Assembly (NCBI GenBank): GCA_019057815.1
Contig: JAHLWR010000009.1
Coordinates: 67,858 to 131,857, forward strand
DNA: 64,000 bases
Source: Candidatus Heimdallarchaeota archaeon
Lineage (GTDB): Archaea > Asgardarchaeota > Heimdallarchaeia > Heimdallarchaeales > Heimdallarchaeaceae
Direction of reading: 5' to 3'
Part shown: positions 49,997 through 59,801 of the stretch, piece after piece
Layout: every line of letters starts with the position of its first letter
Numbering within the stretch: position 1 is the first letter of the stretch
The notes under the pieces: generated by a model
The model's input: only the letters and a program-made list of their open reading frames with translations
What the model was told of the DNA's origin: nothing
Database searches by the model: none
Translations under genes and position numbers: made by a program

Positions 49997-51454
49997 ATGA
50001 CTGTTGAGATACTAAAAAATTACATTAATGGTAAATGGGTGGAATCAGAAACTGAAAAAACAAGAGATGTTATTAATCCAGCTAATGGAGAGTTACTAGC
50101 TCAAACACCTTTATGTACAAAAGAAGAAGCTCTATTTGCTATAAAAGCCGCAAAAGCTTCCTTTTGGAGATGGAGAACAACTCCTGCTCAATCACGAATA
50201 AGGTATCTTTACGATTTTCGTGATGCTTTGGAAGAAAATTTCGATGAATTAGCTGAAATGGTCACGCTTGAACATGGCAAAACATTAGATGAGTCAAGAG
50301 GAGAATACCGTCGAACAATAGAGAATATTGAAGCTGCAACGCATATCCCTTCTCTTCAAATGGGATATAATTTTGAAGATATAGCTTCCGGTATAGATGA
50401 AATGGTAATAAAACAGCCTTTAGGTGTATTTTTCTGTGTTGCACCTTTTAACTTTCCTGTAATGGTTCCAGCATGGTTTTGGCCATATGCAATAGCTACT
50501 GGAAACACTTATATTGTCAAACCTTCTGATCAATGCCCAATAAGCATGGTAAGGCAATTTGAACTTCTGGATGAGATAGGTTTTCCAGATGGTGTTATAA
50601 ATTTGTTGCATGGTGGCTCAGAGGTAGTCAGTACTTTAATTGAGAGTCCAGATACAGTAGGATTATCTTTTGTTGGTTCAACGAGGATTGGTAAGCTTCT
50701 CTATAAAAAATGTGGTGAGATGGGTAAACGAGTCCAGGTTCAAGGAGGGGCCAAGAACTTCATCACTATAATGCCTGACGCAGATATTGAACGAACTATT
50801 CCTAACATAATTACCTCCTTTTATGGTAATACGGGGCAACGTTGTCTTGCAGGCGGTGTATTGCTAACAGTTGGAGATATTCACGAACCTATAAAAAAAT
50901 CACTTGTTGAAGCAGCTGTTCAAATAAAAATAGGGAAGGGAATAGATGAAGACATACATATGGGTCCTCTTGCTTCAAAATCAGGAATGGACAAAGTCTT
51001 GAGTTATATTGAGAAAGGAATTGAGGAAGGGGCAGAACTAATACTTGATGGTAGGAATATCAAAGTAGACGGTACTCTCTCTGAAGGATTCTTTATCGGT
51101 CCTACAATTTTTGATAAAGTTACTTCTGATATGGTTATTGCTCAAGAAGAGATTTTTGGTCCAGTGATTCCTATAATCAATGTGAAAAATCTTGACGAAG
51201 CCATAGATATAATCAATGCAAATCGCTATGGTAATGCTTCATCTCTCTTCACTTCAAGTGGTAAAGCTGCTAGAGAATATCAATATCGTGTTCTAGCAGG
51301 CAATATAGGAATTAACATAGGTGTTGCTGCTCCAATAGCTACATTTCCATTTTCAGGAATGAAAGATAGCTTTAAGGGAGATTTACATGGGCAAGGGAGG
51401 AGTGGTATTGATTTCTTTACAGAAGACAAAGTAGTAATATCCCGATGGCTTTGA
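49997..51454 (+). CDS. Aldehyde dehydrogenase, (methyl)malonate-semialdehyde dehydrogenase-like
   Basis: FNFP, GQRCLAGG (catalytic Cys) and the EEIFGPV region are ALDH motifs. The MmsA-like subfamily call is weaker. Confidence 0.8.
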   Translation: MTVEILKNYINGKWVESETEKTRDVINPANGELLAQTPLCTKEEALFAIKAAKASFWRWRTTPAQSRIRYLYDFRDALEENFDELAEMVTLEHGKTLDESRGEYRRTIENIEAATHIPSLQMGYNFEDIASGIDEMVIKQPLGVFFCVAPFNFPVMVPAWFWPYAIATGNTYIVKPSDQCPISMVRQFELLDEIGFPDGVINLLHGGSEVVSTLIESPDTVGLSFVGSTRIGKLLYKKCGEMGKRVQVQGGAKNFITIMPDADIERTIPNIITSFYGNTGQRCLAGGVLLTVGDIHEPIKKSLVEAAVQIKIGKGIDEDIHMGPLASKSGMDKVLSYIEKGIEEGAELILDGRNIKVDGTLSEGFFIGPTIFDKVTSDMVIAQEEIFGPVIPIINVKNLDEAIDIINANRYGNASSLFTSSGKAAREYQYRVLAGNIGINIGVAAPIATFPFSGMKDSFKGDLHGQGRSGIDFFTEDKVVISRWL

Positions 51455-51498
51455 TAGATGGTTGCGAGAGAATGATATAGCTTGAAAAAGGTGATTAT

Positions 51499-51918
51499 GT
51501 GAGTTTAGGAACTTTAGGGGCAATACTGAAATATGCTATAAGTCTTGAGAACACAGCAATAATATTCTACGAAAAAGCTAGAACTGGTACAAGTGATCAA
51601 GAATTAATCGATGTATTTGAAAGCTTAATAATACAAAATCAAAAAAGTATCAAAAAATTGAAACGAACTCGTCGTGAACATACTATAGAGATGATTCTTG
51701 AGCCAATCAAAGGTTTAGAAAGAGCACAATTCATTATCAAAACTCAATCTTCAGAAGGAAGTGATGATAAATTATTACTTGTTTTAGCTAGAACGATGGA
51801 AACGAAAATTGAAGAATACTATATTGCTGTAGCTGAAAAAATAGGTTTTTTAGCTGAAGTTTCTTATACATTTCAACAGCTAGCTGAAAAACACGCAGAG
51901 AATCTTTCAATTTTATAA
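51499..51918 (+). CDS. Hypothetical helical protein
   Basis: ORF only. Confidence 0.4.
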   Translation: MSLGTLGAILKYAISLENTAIIFYEKARTGTSDQELIDVFESLIIQNQKSIKKLKRTRREHTIEMILEPIKGLERAQFIIKTQSSEGSDDKLLLVLARTMETKIEEYYIAVAEKIGFLAEVSYTFQQLAEKHAENLSIL

Positions 51919-52018
51919 TTAGCATCTACCATTACCTTTTTCTTGTTTATATTTTAATATTTTTCAATTGTAATAAGATAACAAAAGTATTTATTAAAAC
52001 AATCTAGATTCTTAACAA

Positions 52019-53089
52019 ATGAGTTTCTTGAAAACTATGCGCAAACTCTCCATTCATTTTTTGGTTTACATTCTAATTGTAGGTTTAATTATGGCCTTCA
52101 GTGTTCTTATTTTTAAATTTGGTCCGCCAAAGATTGAATTCTATGATTATAGTTGGTCTCATCTTGAACCTTATATTCCGGAAACTAATACAACGTACAG
52201 TGTTTTATTTGATCAACATTCACATACAAAATATAGTGATGGTAGGTTAACTGTTAAGCAAAATATTGAATGGCATATTACTATGGGTTTTACAGCTGTT
52301 GCAATAACAGATCATAATACTTTATCAAATTCTGATGAAATCAAACTGTTAGCTGAAGAATACAAAAAGGAAATAATCGTTATTCAAGGAATGGAGTGGA
52401 CAACAAGGAGAATTCATTTGAATTTTATTGGTATATCAGAATGGCACCTTAAAATACCTATAAATCCTACTGACATTGAAATACAAGAAGCAATAATAGA
52501 GGTTCACAATCAAAACGGCATTGTTACAGCTAATCACCTTCCGTTTACAGAAAGAACAATAGGAAACAAAATGCCTACAAAAGAGGATCTTCTTTTATGG
52601 GGTGTTGATTTTATAGAAATTGTCAATGGAATGGATTTTGATGAGAAATCTTACTCTTTTTATCTTGAAAATAACGAAACTATAGGTCTAATTACAGGAA
52701 CAGATATGCATAGTCCTGATAGTTCTGAAGGAGGAAGAGTCTATGCATGGACGACACTAAATACAGACAATTTCTCTAAAACAGCAATTATGGCTGAATT
52801 AAGAGATCATAATACTTCGTTCATTGTAAATCAGATGGGAGTTGAAATTCAAGGAATACATAAGATAAGTGCGACTTATATTGCTTTGCAACCTTTTTAT
52901 GAACTTGGTGAGGGATTAGTATTTTATTATTTTAGATATGATAATGTCAAAGATAATTTCAACAGAGTTATTGTATCAGTTTTCATTGTTTATTCCTTTG
53001 GAATATTCATTCTGATAGAATTTTTATTATATTTGAGAAATGTACTTAAGTATAAACATAAGAAAAAACTTAAATCGAGTTTAAAGTGA
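52019..53089 (+). CDS. PHP-domain metal-dependent phosphoesterase with an N-terminal TM helix
   Basis: DQHSHTKYSDG (HxH...D) and ITDHN are PHP motifs. Confidence 0.65.
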   Translation: MSFLKTMRKLSIHFLVYILIVGLIMAFSVLIFKFGPPKIEFYDYSWSHLEPYIPETNTTYSVLFDQHSHTKYSDGRLTVKQNIEWHITMGFTAVAITDHNTLSNSDEIKLLAEEYKKEIIVIQGMEWTTRRIHLNFIGISEWHLKIPINPTDIEIQEAIIEVHNQNGIVTANHLPFTERTIGNKMPTKEDLLLWGVDFIEIVNGMDFDEKSYSFYLENNETIGLITGTDMHSPDSSEGGRVYAWTTLNTDNFSKTAIMAELRDHNTSFIVNQMGVEIQGIHKISATYIALQPFYELGEGLVFYYFRYDNVKDNFNRVIVSVFIVYSFGIFILIEFLLYLRNVLKYKHKKKLKSSLK

Positions 53090-53124
53090 TACTCATCAAT
53101 CTTAAGAAGAGTTTTAGTTATTAT

Positions 53125-55296
53125 TCACGGTTTTTCTCTGTTCTCTTTTCTCTTCATTTCAAGATAGATTTCTAACTCTAAGAGTTCCTTAATAGGTAAT
53201 GTTATCTGAGCAACATAATTAGATTTTTCATCAGTTTGAATGGTTGATGTAACAGCTTCTTCGATAAGAACTTCGTTTTTTACTTTTTCTGTAAATTCTT
53301 TCCATAATTTCATATATTTTTCATACTGATTATCAGATAAAAATAGATGATTCAAAGTGATTTCATCAGTGAAATTAAAGAGTTTTTTCACTTTTTCTAA
53401 CTCTTTTTTACTAGCTGGTTCATCCTTCTTCGGATCTGGTTTCAAGAGAACCTGTTCTTCCAAAAAGTTTTGATATTTATCTATTAATAATGTAGTATCC
53501 CTAATTATTTTTATCATCAAACGAGGAATCATGAATGAATCAATAAAAGATCTAAATTGTCCTTCTTTTTGTTCTAAAGTATCTATGATGTTCGTATTTA
53601 GTGGTTGAATTAGATCGCTTCCTTTGGAGCTTAAAACATAATATTTTTTGAGCATTTGTGCTGAGCGTACTTGCTCTTCCCTGGACACTTTAATAAGATC
53701 CAGATTTGCTAATAGTTTTAAGTGCCCTGTCAAAGCTCCTTTAGTAATTTTAAGTTGATTACTAAGATTATTTAAGCTTCTTTCTTTCATAAAAAGAAGA
53801 AACATTATTCTAAAGGGTGTAGGACCCTTATTATACAAGTTAAGAAAGTCGCATAAATATTGTGTTCTTCTTAAAAGTTCCCGCGCTTTTGTAATATCAA
53901 TTTCTGCTAATGCAGACTTACTAAGACTTAGGAACTGTTCTGCTGCAATAGAATAAGATTGCTGGAATTGTACAGAAGAGAGAGTGTCAGAAAGTTCAGT
54001 TAATTCACTAACTAAAATACCGTCACCAAAGTATTTTTTTATCTCCACAGCAAGGATTTCACTATAATTAACCATGGCAATTTTTGTGAAAAGGTAGTTA
54101 ACTATTTCTTCTTCTGTTATTAGTTGAAGAATTACTTGAGCTTTCTTACGGTTTTTTATACTTTTACCAGACTTTAAGATCAAAGCTTCAGCTAAACGAT
54201 AAGTCTGATTGAATATCTTGTTTTTATATTGATTATTTATTTCTTGTAATCTTCTTAAATAAGTATCAATATCAGCAGAACTAAGTTTTCTTTTTGTAAT
54301 GAAGTGTATTAAATCAAAAAGAACATAGACTTCTGGATCAACATTTTCGACTTTTTGGGCATAATTTAGAGCTTTTTCCAAAGTGTCTAGCACTAATTGA
54401 GGATCTTCTAAATTCTCAAAAATTAAACTTAAACCCATCAATGAAAAAACTATTCCAAATTTGTAGTTTATGCTTTGATTAATGAGTAAAGATTCCTCAT
54501 AATGAGTTTGAGCTTGTTTTAAATCATCTTTTTCTCTATGGATGTCACCTAAATTGAGCAATGTCCAAGAAATATCCTGTTGATTACCTATTTTCTCTCT
54601 GATTTTTAAACTTCTACTTAAGCACTTTTGAGCTTTATCAATTTCTCCTTTGTTTAGCCATGAATGTCCCAAACTAAATAATGAATGCGCTAAACTCCAT
54701 TGATTCACCATTTTTTCTCTCATATCTAGACTTTTTTGGAAATTATCTATTGCATTATCTATATCTCCTCTTTCACTATAAACCCAGCCTAAAAGATAAT
54801 ATGCTCGAGCCAAATGTGATGAATCTGCAATTTCTTCACACAAATAGAAATTCTCTTGAGCAAAAATATAAGCTTGATCTATATCTCCCTTAGCAGTATC
54901 TACATATGTTCTATTGACAAGTAATTTAGACTTTCTTATGTTTATTCCTTCAAGATTGCAGCTATTAATAAGGTCTTTAGTAGTTTGTACTAAACCTGAA
55001 GCATATTCATATTTATTCAAACGATAATTTGCATAGGTTTCAAACGATAAAGCATCAATTTCTAGTAATATATCTTCTTGCTTCTTTGATTCTTTGCGAA
55101 GTTCTATTGATAATGTAATTGTTTTACTATACTCTCCTAAACTAGTAAAAACTTCACACTTCTGGTTTAGCAATGTTAAATTCTCTCTACCTGTCAATAT
55201 GTCCTCTTTCTGAAATTTGTTTATTACATCAAGTGCTTCTTTATATGAGCCTTCTGCAATGAGATTTTTAATTTTTATTGATTGATTCTCATTCAT
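53125..55296 (-). CDS. TPR-repeat protein with an internal ArsR/PadR-like winged HTH (TPR N-terminal, wHTH around aa 490-560, extra C-terminal domain)
   Basis: Multiple TPR-like helix pairs (e.g. AYYLLGWVYSERGDIDNAIDNFQKSL). FRIMFLLFMKERSLNNLSNQLKITKGALTGHLKLLANLDLIKV matches the wHTH recognition pattern. Confidence 0.65.
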   Translation of the reverse strand: MNENQSIKIKNLIAEGSYKEALDVINKFQKEDILTGRENLTLLNQKCEVFTSLGEYSKTITLSIELRKESKKQEDILLEIDALSFETYANYRLNKYEYASGLVQTTKDLINSCNLEGINIRKSKLLVNRTYVDTAKGDIDQAYIFAQENFYLCEEIADSSHLARAYYLLGWVYSERGDIDNAIDNFQKSLDMREKMVNQWSLAHSLFSLGHSWLNKGEIDKAQKCLSRSLKIREKIGNQQDISWTLLNLGDIHREKDDLKQAQTHYEESLLINQSINYKFGIVFSLMGLSLIFENLEDPQLVLDTLEKALNYAQKVENVDPEVYVLFDLIHFITKRKLSSADIDTYLRRLQEINNQYKNKIFNQTYRLAEALILKSGKSIKNRKKAQVILQLITEEEIVNYLFTKIAMVNYSEILAVEIKKYFGDGILVSELTELSDTLSSVQFQQSYSIAAEQFLSLSKSALAEIDITKARELLRRTQYLCDFLNLYNKGPTPFRIMFLLFMKERSLNNLSNQLKITKGALTGHLKLLANLDLIKVSREEQVRSAQMLKKYYVLSSKGSDLIQPLNTNIIDTLEQKEGQFRSFIDSFMIPRLMIKIIRDTTLLIDKYQNFLEEQVLLKPDPKKDEPASKKELEKVKKLFNFTDEITLNHLFLSDNQYEKYMKLWKEFTEKVKNEVLIEEAVTSTIQTDEKSNYVAQITLPIKELLELEIYLEMKRKENREKP

Positions 55297-55332
55297 TGTG
55301 ATAACCTCAAACGAGAAACTAATGATTTATAT

Positions 55333-56610
55333 TTATTCCATATTATTAATATTCTTGTATCTAATACATGCTACAAAGTAATCTTCCTCAACCTTTTCAA
55401 GTTGTGGGTCTATTTTGAAGCAATCACCTTCTGCATATAGACATCGATCTTGAAATCTACATCCTTCTGGTATGTAAATACCACTAGGAACTTCTCCTTT
55501 AATTGGTAACTCCTCTGTTCTTCTAGCATCTGGGTCAGGTTTAGGAACTGCAGCAATAAGGGCTTGAGTATATGGATGTAATGGATTCTTAATAAGTTGC
55601 TCAGTTTCACCTTGTTCTACAATTCGCCCTAGATACATAACAGCTATACGATCGCACATGTTACGTGCTAGAGCAAGATCATGAGTAATAAAGAGAAAAG
55701 CTGTTCCATGTAATTTAGTTAGTTCTTGCATTATTTTAAGCACTCCAACACGTATAGATACATCTAACATGGATACAGGTTCATCAGCAACTATAAATTC
55801 AGGATTTAATATGAATGCTCTAGCTACTCCTACTCTTTGCCTTTGACCCCCACTCAGTTCATGAGCGTATCTATCGAGAAAATCCCTAGCTGGAACAAGC
55901 CCAACAGCTTCCATTTCAGCAATAACTTTTTCTTCGATAACAGCTTCATCTCTATCAATTTTTAAAAGTCTTAATGGTTCTGCTACAATATCTAGAACCC
56001 TAAATCGAGGACTTAAAGAATCATAAGGATTCTGGAAAACTATCTGAATATCTTTTCGTAATTTTTTAATTTCTCTTTTAGAAAGACTAGCTGTGTTAAT
56101 TCCTTTAAAATAAATTTCCCCACTTGTTTTATCAAGAAGATGAAGTAGTAGAAAACCAGTCGTGGATTTCCCACACCCACTTTCACCTACTAATCCAAAG
56201 GTTTCACCACGCATTATCTTAAAAGAAACACCATCTACTGCATGAACATAAAGTTGTTCTCCCCCTGATAATATTCGTTTCAAGAAAGCTATGTTTGATT
56301 TCCATCTATCTTTCGTAAATAGTGCTCTATATGTTTTTGATATTATAGTAGCTATAGAGTGATTAAAGCACTTGAATCCACTAGTCAATTTGTTTTGGAT
56401 AATTATTATAAATGGTTCATCATTTCTTTTTAGATTTATCCAAGTTTCCTTTAAAAATGGTTTTCGAAGAAAGTTCTTTATAGATTGAGTGATTGCTGAT
56501 ATTTTTTCTGTTGGAATTAAACTAGCAAGAAAACCTTTCATTACTGGAAACAATTTTTTCAAATTAACTGCTTCTATTACTATATTATCATCAGTCATTA
56601 TCTTCCTCAT
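55333..56610 (-). CDS. oppF: Oligopeptide/dipeptide ABC transporter ATPase (OppF-type) with an approximately 90-aa N-proximal insertion
   Basis: Walker A GESGCGKST, signature LSGGQRQR, and the C-terminal Opp-type extension CRFQDRC. Confidence 0.85.
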   Translation of the reverse strand: MRKIMTDDNIVIEAVNLKKLFPVMKGFLASLIPTEKISAITQSIKNFLRKPFLKETWINLKRNDEPFIIIIQNKLTSGFKCFNHSIATIISKTYRALFTKDRWKSNIAFLKRILSGGEQLYVHAVDGVSFKIMRGETFGLVGESGCGKSTTGFLLLHLLDKTSGEIYFKGINTASLSKREIKKLRKDIQIVFQNPYDSLSPRFRVLDIVAEPLRLLKIDRDEAVIEEKVIAEMEAVGLVPARDFLDRYAHELSGGQRQRVGVARAFILNPEFIVADEPVSMLDVSIRVGVLKIMQELTKLHGTAFLFITHDLALARNMCDRIAVMYLGRIVEQGETEQLIKNPLHPYTQALIAAVPKPDPDARRTEELPIKGEVPSGIYIPEGCRFQDRCLYAEGDCFKIDPQLEKVEEDYFVACIRYKNINNME

Positions 56611-57652
56611 TCTCCTTGTTCTGATACAGATGGCATGCTACATATCCATCTTTAGTCTGTGTATTAATTGGTTCATCTATTCTGCATATTTCCATAACTT
56701 GCGGACAACGAGGATGGAATCGGCACCCAGATGGTGGATTAATTAAATCCGGGGGAGAACCCTTAATCTCTATCAACGCTTTCTTAGGTCCAGTAACACT
56801 TGGAAAAGCTTCAATCAAAGCTTTTGTATATGGGTGCAAAGGTTCCTTAAAAAGCGTCCGTAGTTTGCCATATTCAACCACTTTTCCAGCATACATAATA
56901 GCAAGAGTTTCGCAAACTTCAGCTATAACAGATAGATCATGAGTAATCATAATCATAGAAAGGTTGAACTTTTTTTGTAATTCTTTTGTTGCTTTAAGAA
57001 CTTGTGATTGTACAATAACATCTAAAGCAGTCACAGGTTCATCAGCTATGACTATATCAGGATTGCTTATCAAAGCCATTGCTATGAGTGCTCTCTGTTT
57101 CATACCTCCGCTAAGTTGGTGTGGATAGTCCATAGCTCGTGATGAATCGATCCCTACGGTTTCAAGAATATTGATTACTCGCTCCCAAGCTTCATCTTCA
57201 TCAGTTTCAGGTTCATGGATTTTTATTACTTCCAAAATTTGATTACCTACTCTATGAACGGGATTCATCGCATTCATTGCCCCTTGAAAGATCATAGTAA
57301 TATGATGGCCTCTAATTTTTTGCATTTCTTCTTCTGTTAAATCTAATATGTTTTTGGAAATTTCTCGTTCACTCTTCCGCCTAAATAACCTTTGTAAGCG
57401 AGATCTAGGACCTTCTAAATCCATAAAAGCTTGAGCTCTATCGTACAATATCTCTCCTTCAACTATTCTACCTGGTGTTTGTATCATCCTCATGATGGAA
57501 AGACATGTAGTTGTTTTTCCACACCCACTTTCTCCTGCAAGTCCTAGTACTTCTCCTTTTTGCAGACTCAAGCTAACATCATCAACAGCTTTGACTGTCC
57601 CTGCGCGGATTTCATAATATGTTTTTAAATTCTTAATCTCAAGTAAAGCCAT
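56591..57652 (-). CDS. oppD: Oligopeptide/dipeptide ABC transporter ATPase (OppD-type)
   Basis: GESGCGKTT, LSGGMKQR, and CRFHPRCP at the C-terminus. Confidence 0.9.
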   Translation of the reverse strand: MALLEIKNLKTYYEIRAGTVKAVDDVSLSLQKGEVLGLAGESGCGKTTTCLSIMRMIQTPGRIVEGEILYDRAQAFMDLEGPRSRLQRLFRRKSEREISKNILDLTEEEMQKIRGHHITMIFQGAMNAMNPVHRVGNQILEVIKIHEPETDEDEAWERVINILETVGIDSSRAMDYPHQLSGGMKQRALIAMALISNPDIVIADEPVTALDVIVQSQVLKATKELQKKFNLSMIMITHDLSVIAEVCETLAIMYAGKVVEYGKLRTLFKEPLHPYTKALIEAFPSVTGPKKALIEIKGSPPDLINPPSGCRFHPRCPQVMEICRIDEPINTQTKDGYVACHLYQNKENEEDND

Positions 57653-57656
57653 AGTA

Positions 57657-58604
57657 TTACCTCTGTCTAAGCCTTGGGTTCACAATTTCGTCGAAAGCCA
57701 TACCAACGAAAGCAAAACTCAATGTGATCAATCCAATAGCTATACCTGGGGGCCAGAAAAGCCACCAATTTCCTGAAGCGAAAGCTGCATGAACTTGTGC
57801 ATTATGTAGCATTTGACCTAGAGTCCAAGTTAGAGGGTCACCTAAGCCTAAATAGGATAAGAATGCCTCATAAAGTATTGCTTGCCTCATCGAAGTTATA
57901 ATCATTGTCAACATTAAGGGGAAAACATTTGGTAAAATGTGTTTAAAGATGATATAAGTTCTACTTGCACCTGAAGCTTTTGCACCTGTGATAAAAGCTC
58001 TTTGTTTAAGCGATAAAGCTTGACTACGTATTAATCTTGCTGAAACGGGCCAGAAAACGATAATATAGATAGATGCTATAATGAACCATTGAGGAACAAT
58101 GTCAATCCACGGAATTTTATCAACTAATAATGGAGCGATAGAAGCAAGAACGAGCATTAATGGTAATGCAGGAAGAACTAGAATAACGTCAGTAATACGC
58201 ATGATTAAAGTATCAACCCAACCACCGATATATGCACTTGCTACCCCAATTGTAGTACCAAAGAGAACTGTTAAACTACCAGCAACTACACCAACAAGCA
58301 ACGAAACACGTAGACTTTCTAGAAGAATAGTAAAAACATCTTGTCCATAACCATTAGTACCTAAAAGATGATCCCAATTAGGTCTAACATTTCTATCAAT
58401 AGTAAAAAAACCGTAAGGGTCATAATCTGTTATATCTGGTCCTATAATAGCTAATATAATAATAGTAACCATCATGACTAAACCAATAACACCCATCCAG
58501 TTTCTGCTGAAAATTTTTGTTGTGGAACCCCATTTTCTCAGACGACGTTTCAGATTATTTGGATTTACAACCATTCTAAACAGATTTGTAGCTTTAATTG
58601 CCAT
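57657..58604 (-). CDS. oppC: Oligopeptide ABC transporter permease (OppC-type)
   Basis: BPD permease EAA-like region and 6 TM helices. Confidence 0.85.
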   Translation of the reverse strand: MAIKATNLFRMVVNPNNLKRRLRKWGSTTKIFSRNWMGVIGLVMMVTIIILAIIGPDITDYDPYGFFTIDRNVRPNWDHLLGTNGYGQDVFTILLESLRVSLLVGVVAGSLTVLFGTTIGVASAYIGGWVDTLIMRITDVILVLPALPLMLVLASIAPLLVDKIPWIDIVPQWFIIASIYIIVFWPVSARLIRSQALSLKQRAFITGAKASGASRTYIIFKHILPNVFPLMLTMIITSMRQAILYEAFLSYLGLGDPLTWTLGQMLHNAQVHAAFASGNWWLFWPPGIAIGLITLSFAFVGMAFDEIVNPRLRQR

Positions 58605-58615
58605 TTTTATATCTC

Positions 58616-59635
58616 CTATTCACTCCTTATCCTAGGGTCAACAAAACCATAGAGAAGTTCAGCAAAAAGTAAACCCAGCAATGTTAAACCTGCTATAATT
58701 ATAAATGAACCCTGAAGAAGAGGATAGTCCTTATATAGAATCGCTTCATATAGCAATCTTCCAGTTCCAGGATAGGTAAACACTGTTTCTACAAGAACTG
58801 AACCCCCAATTAAACCACCTATGCTCATACCTATAGATGTTATAACTGGGAGAATAGCATTTCTAAAACCATGTCTGAAAAGTATTTGTTTGTCATTTAA
58901 ACCTTTAGCTTTTGCAGTTTGAATGAAATCTTCTGTTTTAACATTAATAAGATTACCACGCATGAACCACGACCAACCTAGAATCCCTGCAATAACTAAA
59001 ACTGTCAATGGAAGAACTAAATGCCATAATACGTCTAATATCACTCGAAAAGTACCTAAACTTTCTATGCCTGGAGTTTTAGCACCAATGAAAGGAAAAT
59101 AAAAGGGCCAATTGTGTATTCGAGCTTGGTATCCAAAGATAGAAATGAAAATCATTCCAACAAAAAACAAGGGAATAGCGTTGTATACATTATATGTTAA
59201 GACAAATGCAGTATCTGTCTTTGACCCTCTTCTCCATGCAATCAAAGATCCTAAAAGGATACCTATAACTGCATTAATAATGAATGCTGAACCGAGTAAG
59301 AGAAGAGTCCACGGAAGTCTTTCTCCAATTATTTCACTAACAGGTCTTTTATGAAGAAAAGAATACCCTAAATCACCCTGAAATAGATTCTTCAAGAAGA
59401 TTAAATATTGTTTCCATAAAGATTCATCCAGTCCCCACCTATCTAATAAAGCATCTCTTACTTCAGGTGGAACGCGAGGATCTGTAGCAAAAATATTTGC
59501 AGGATTACCTGGCATAACATGATAGATAAAAAATACAACTGTTATAGCTGCAAAATACGCAACTACTGCAAAAAGAACTTTTTTTGCAATATAACTTTTT
59601 AATCCCATTAATATAACACCATCTCTATACTTCAA
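58616..59635 (-). CDS. oppB: Oligopeptide ABC transporter permease (OppB-type)
   Basis: BPD permease with 6 TM helices, about 330 aa. Confidence 0.85.
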   Translation of the reverse strand: MKYRDGVILMGLKSYIAKKVLFAVVAYFAAITVVFFIYHVMPGNPANIFATDPRVPPEVRDALLDRWGLDESLWKQYLIFLKNLFQGDLGYSFLHKRPVSEIIGERLPWTLLLLGSAFIINAVIGILLGSLIAWRRGSKTDTAFVLTYNVYNAIPLFFVGMIFISIFGYQARIHNWPFYFPFIGAKTPGIESLGTFRVILDVLWHLVLPLTVLVIAGILGWSWFMRGNLINVKTEDFIQTAKAKGLNDKQILFRHGFRNAILPVITSIGMSIGGLIGGSVLVETVFTYPGTGRLLYEAILYKDYPLLQGSFIIIAGLTLLGLLFAELLYGFVDPRIRSE

Positions 59636-59655
59636 CTACTTGAAATACTTTTAAA

Positions 59656-59704
59656 TTTTTCGGGAAAAGATATATGTTTAGTAAAAAAGTGACAATCTAA
59701 ACAT
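59656..59704 (-). promoter_or_regulatory. Conserved upstream element copy A (TTTTCGGG ... ATGTTTAG-N15-CTAAACAT dyad), 5' of oppB
   Basis: Shares an approximately 50-nt colinear pattern with 61632-61681. Contains an 8-bp inverted repeat. Confidence 0.5.
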
Positions 59705-59801
59705 AATTGTACAATTAAAATTAAAAAAAGAATGGACCTAGGATTTGGATTATTCAAACCCTAGATTCATTTAGTATATTTTTATGGCAACAATTTTGTT
59801 T

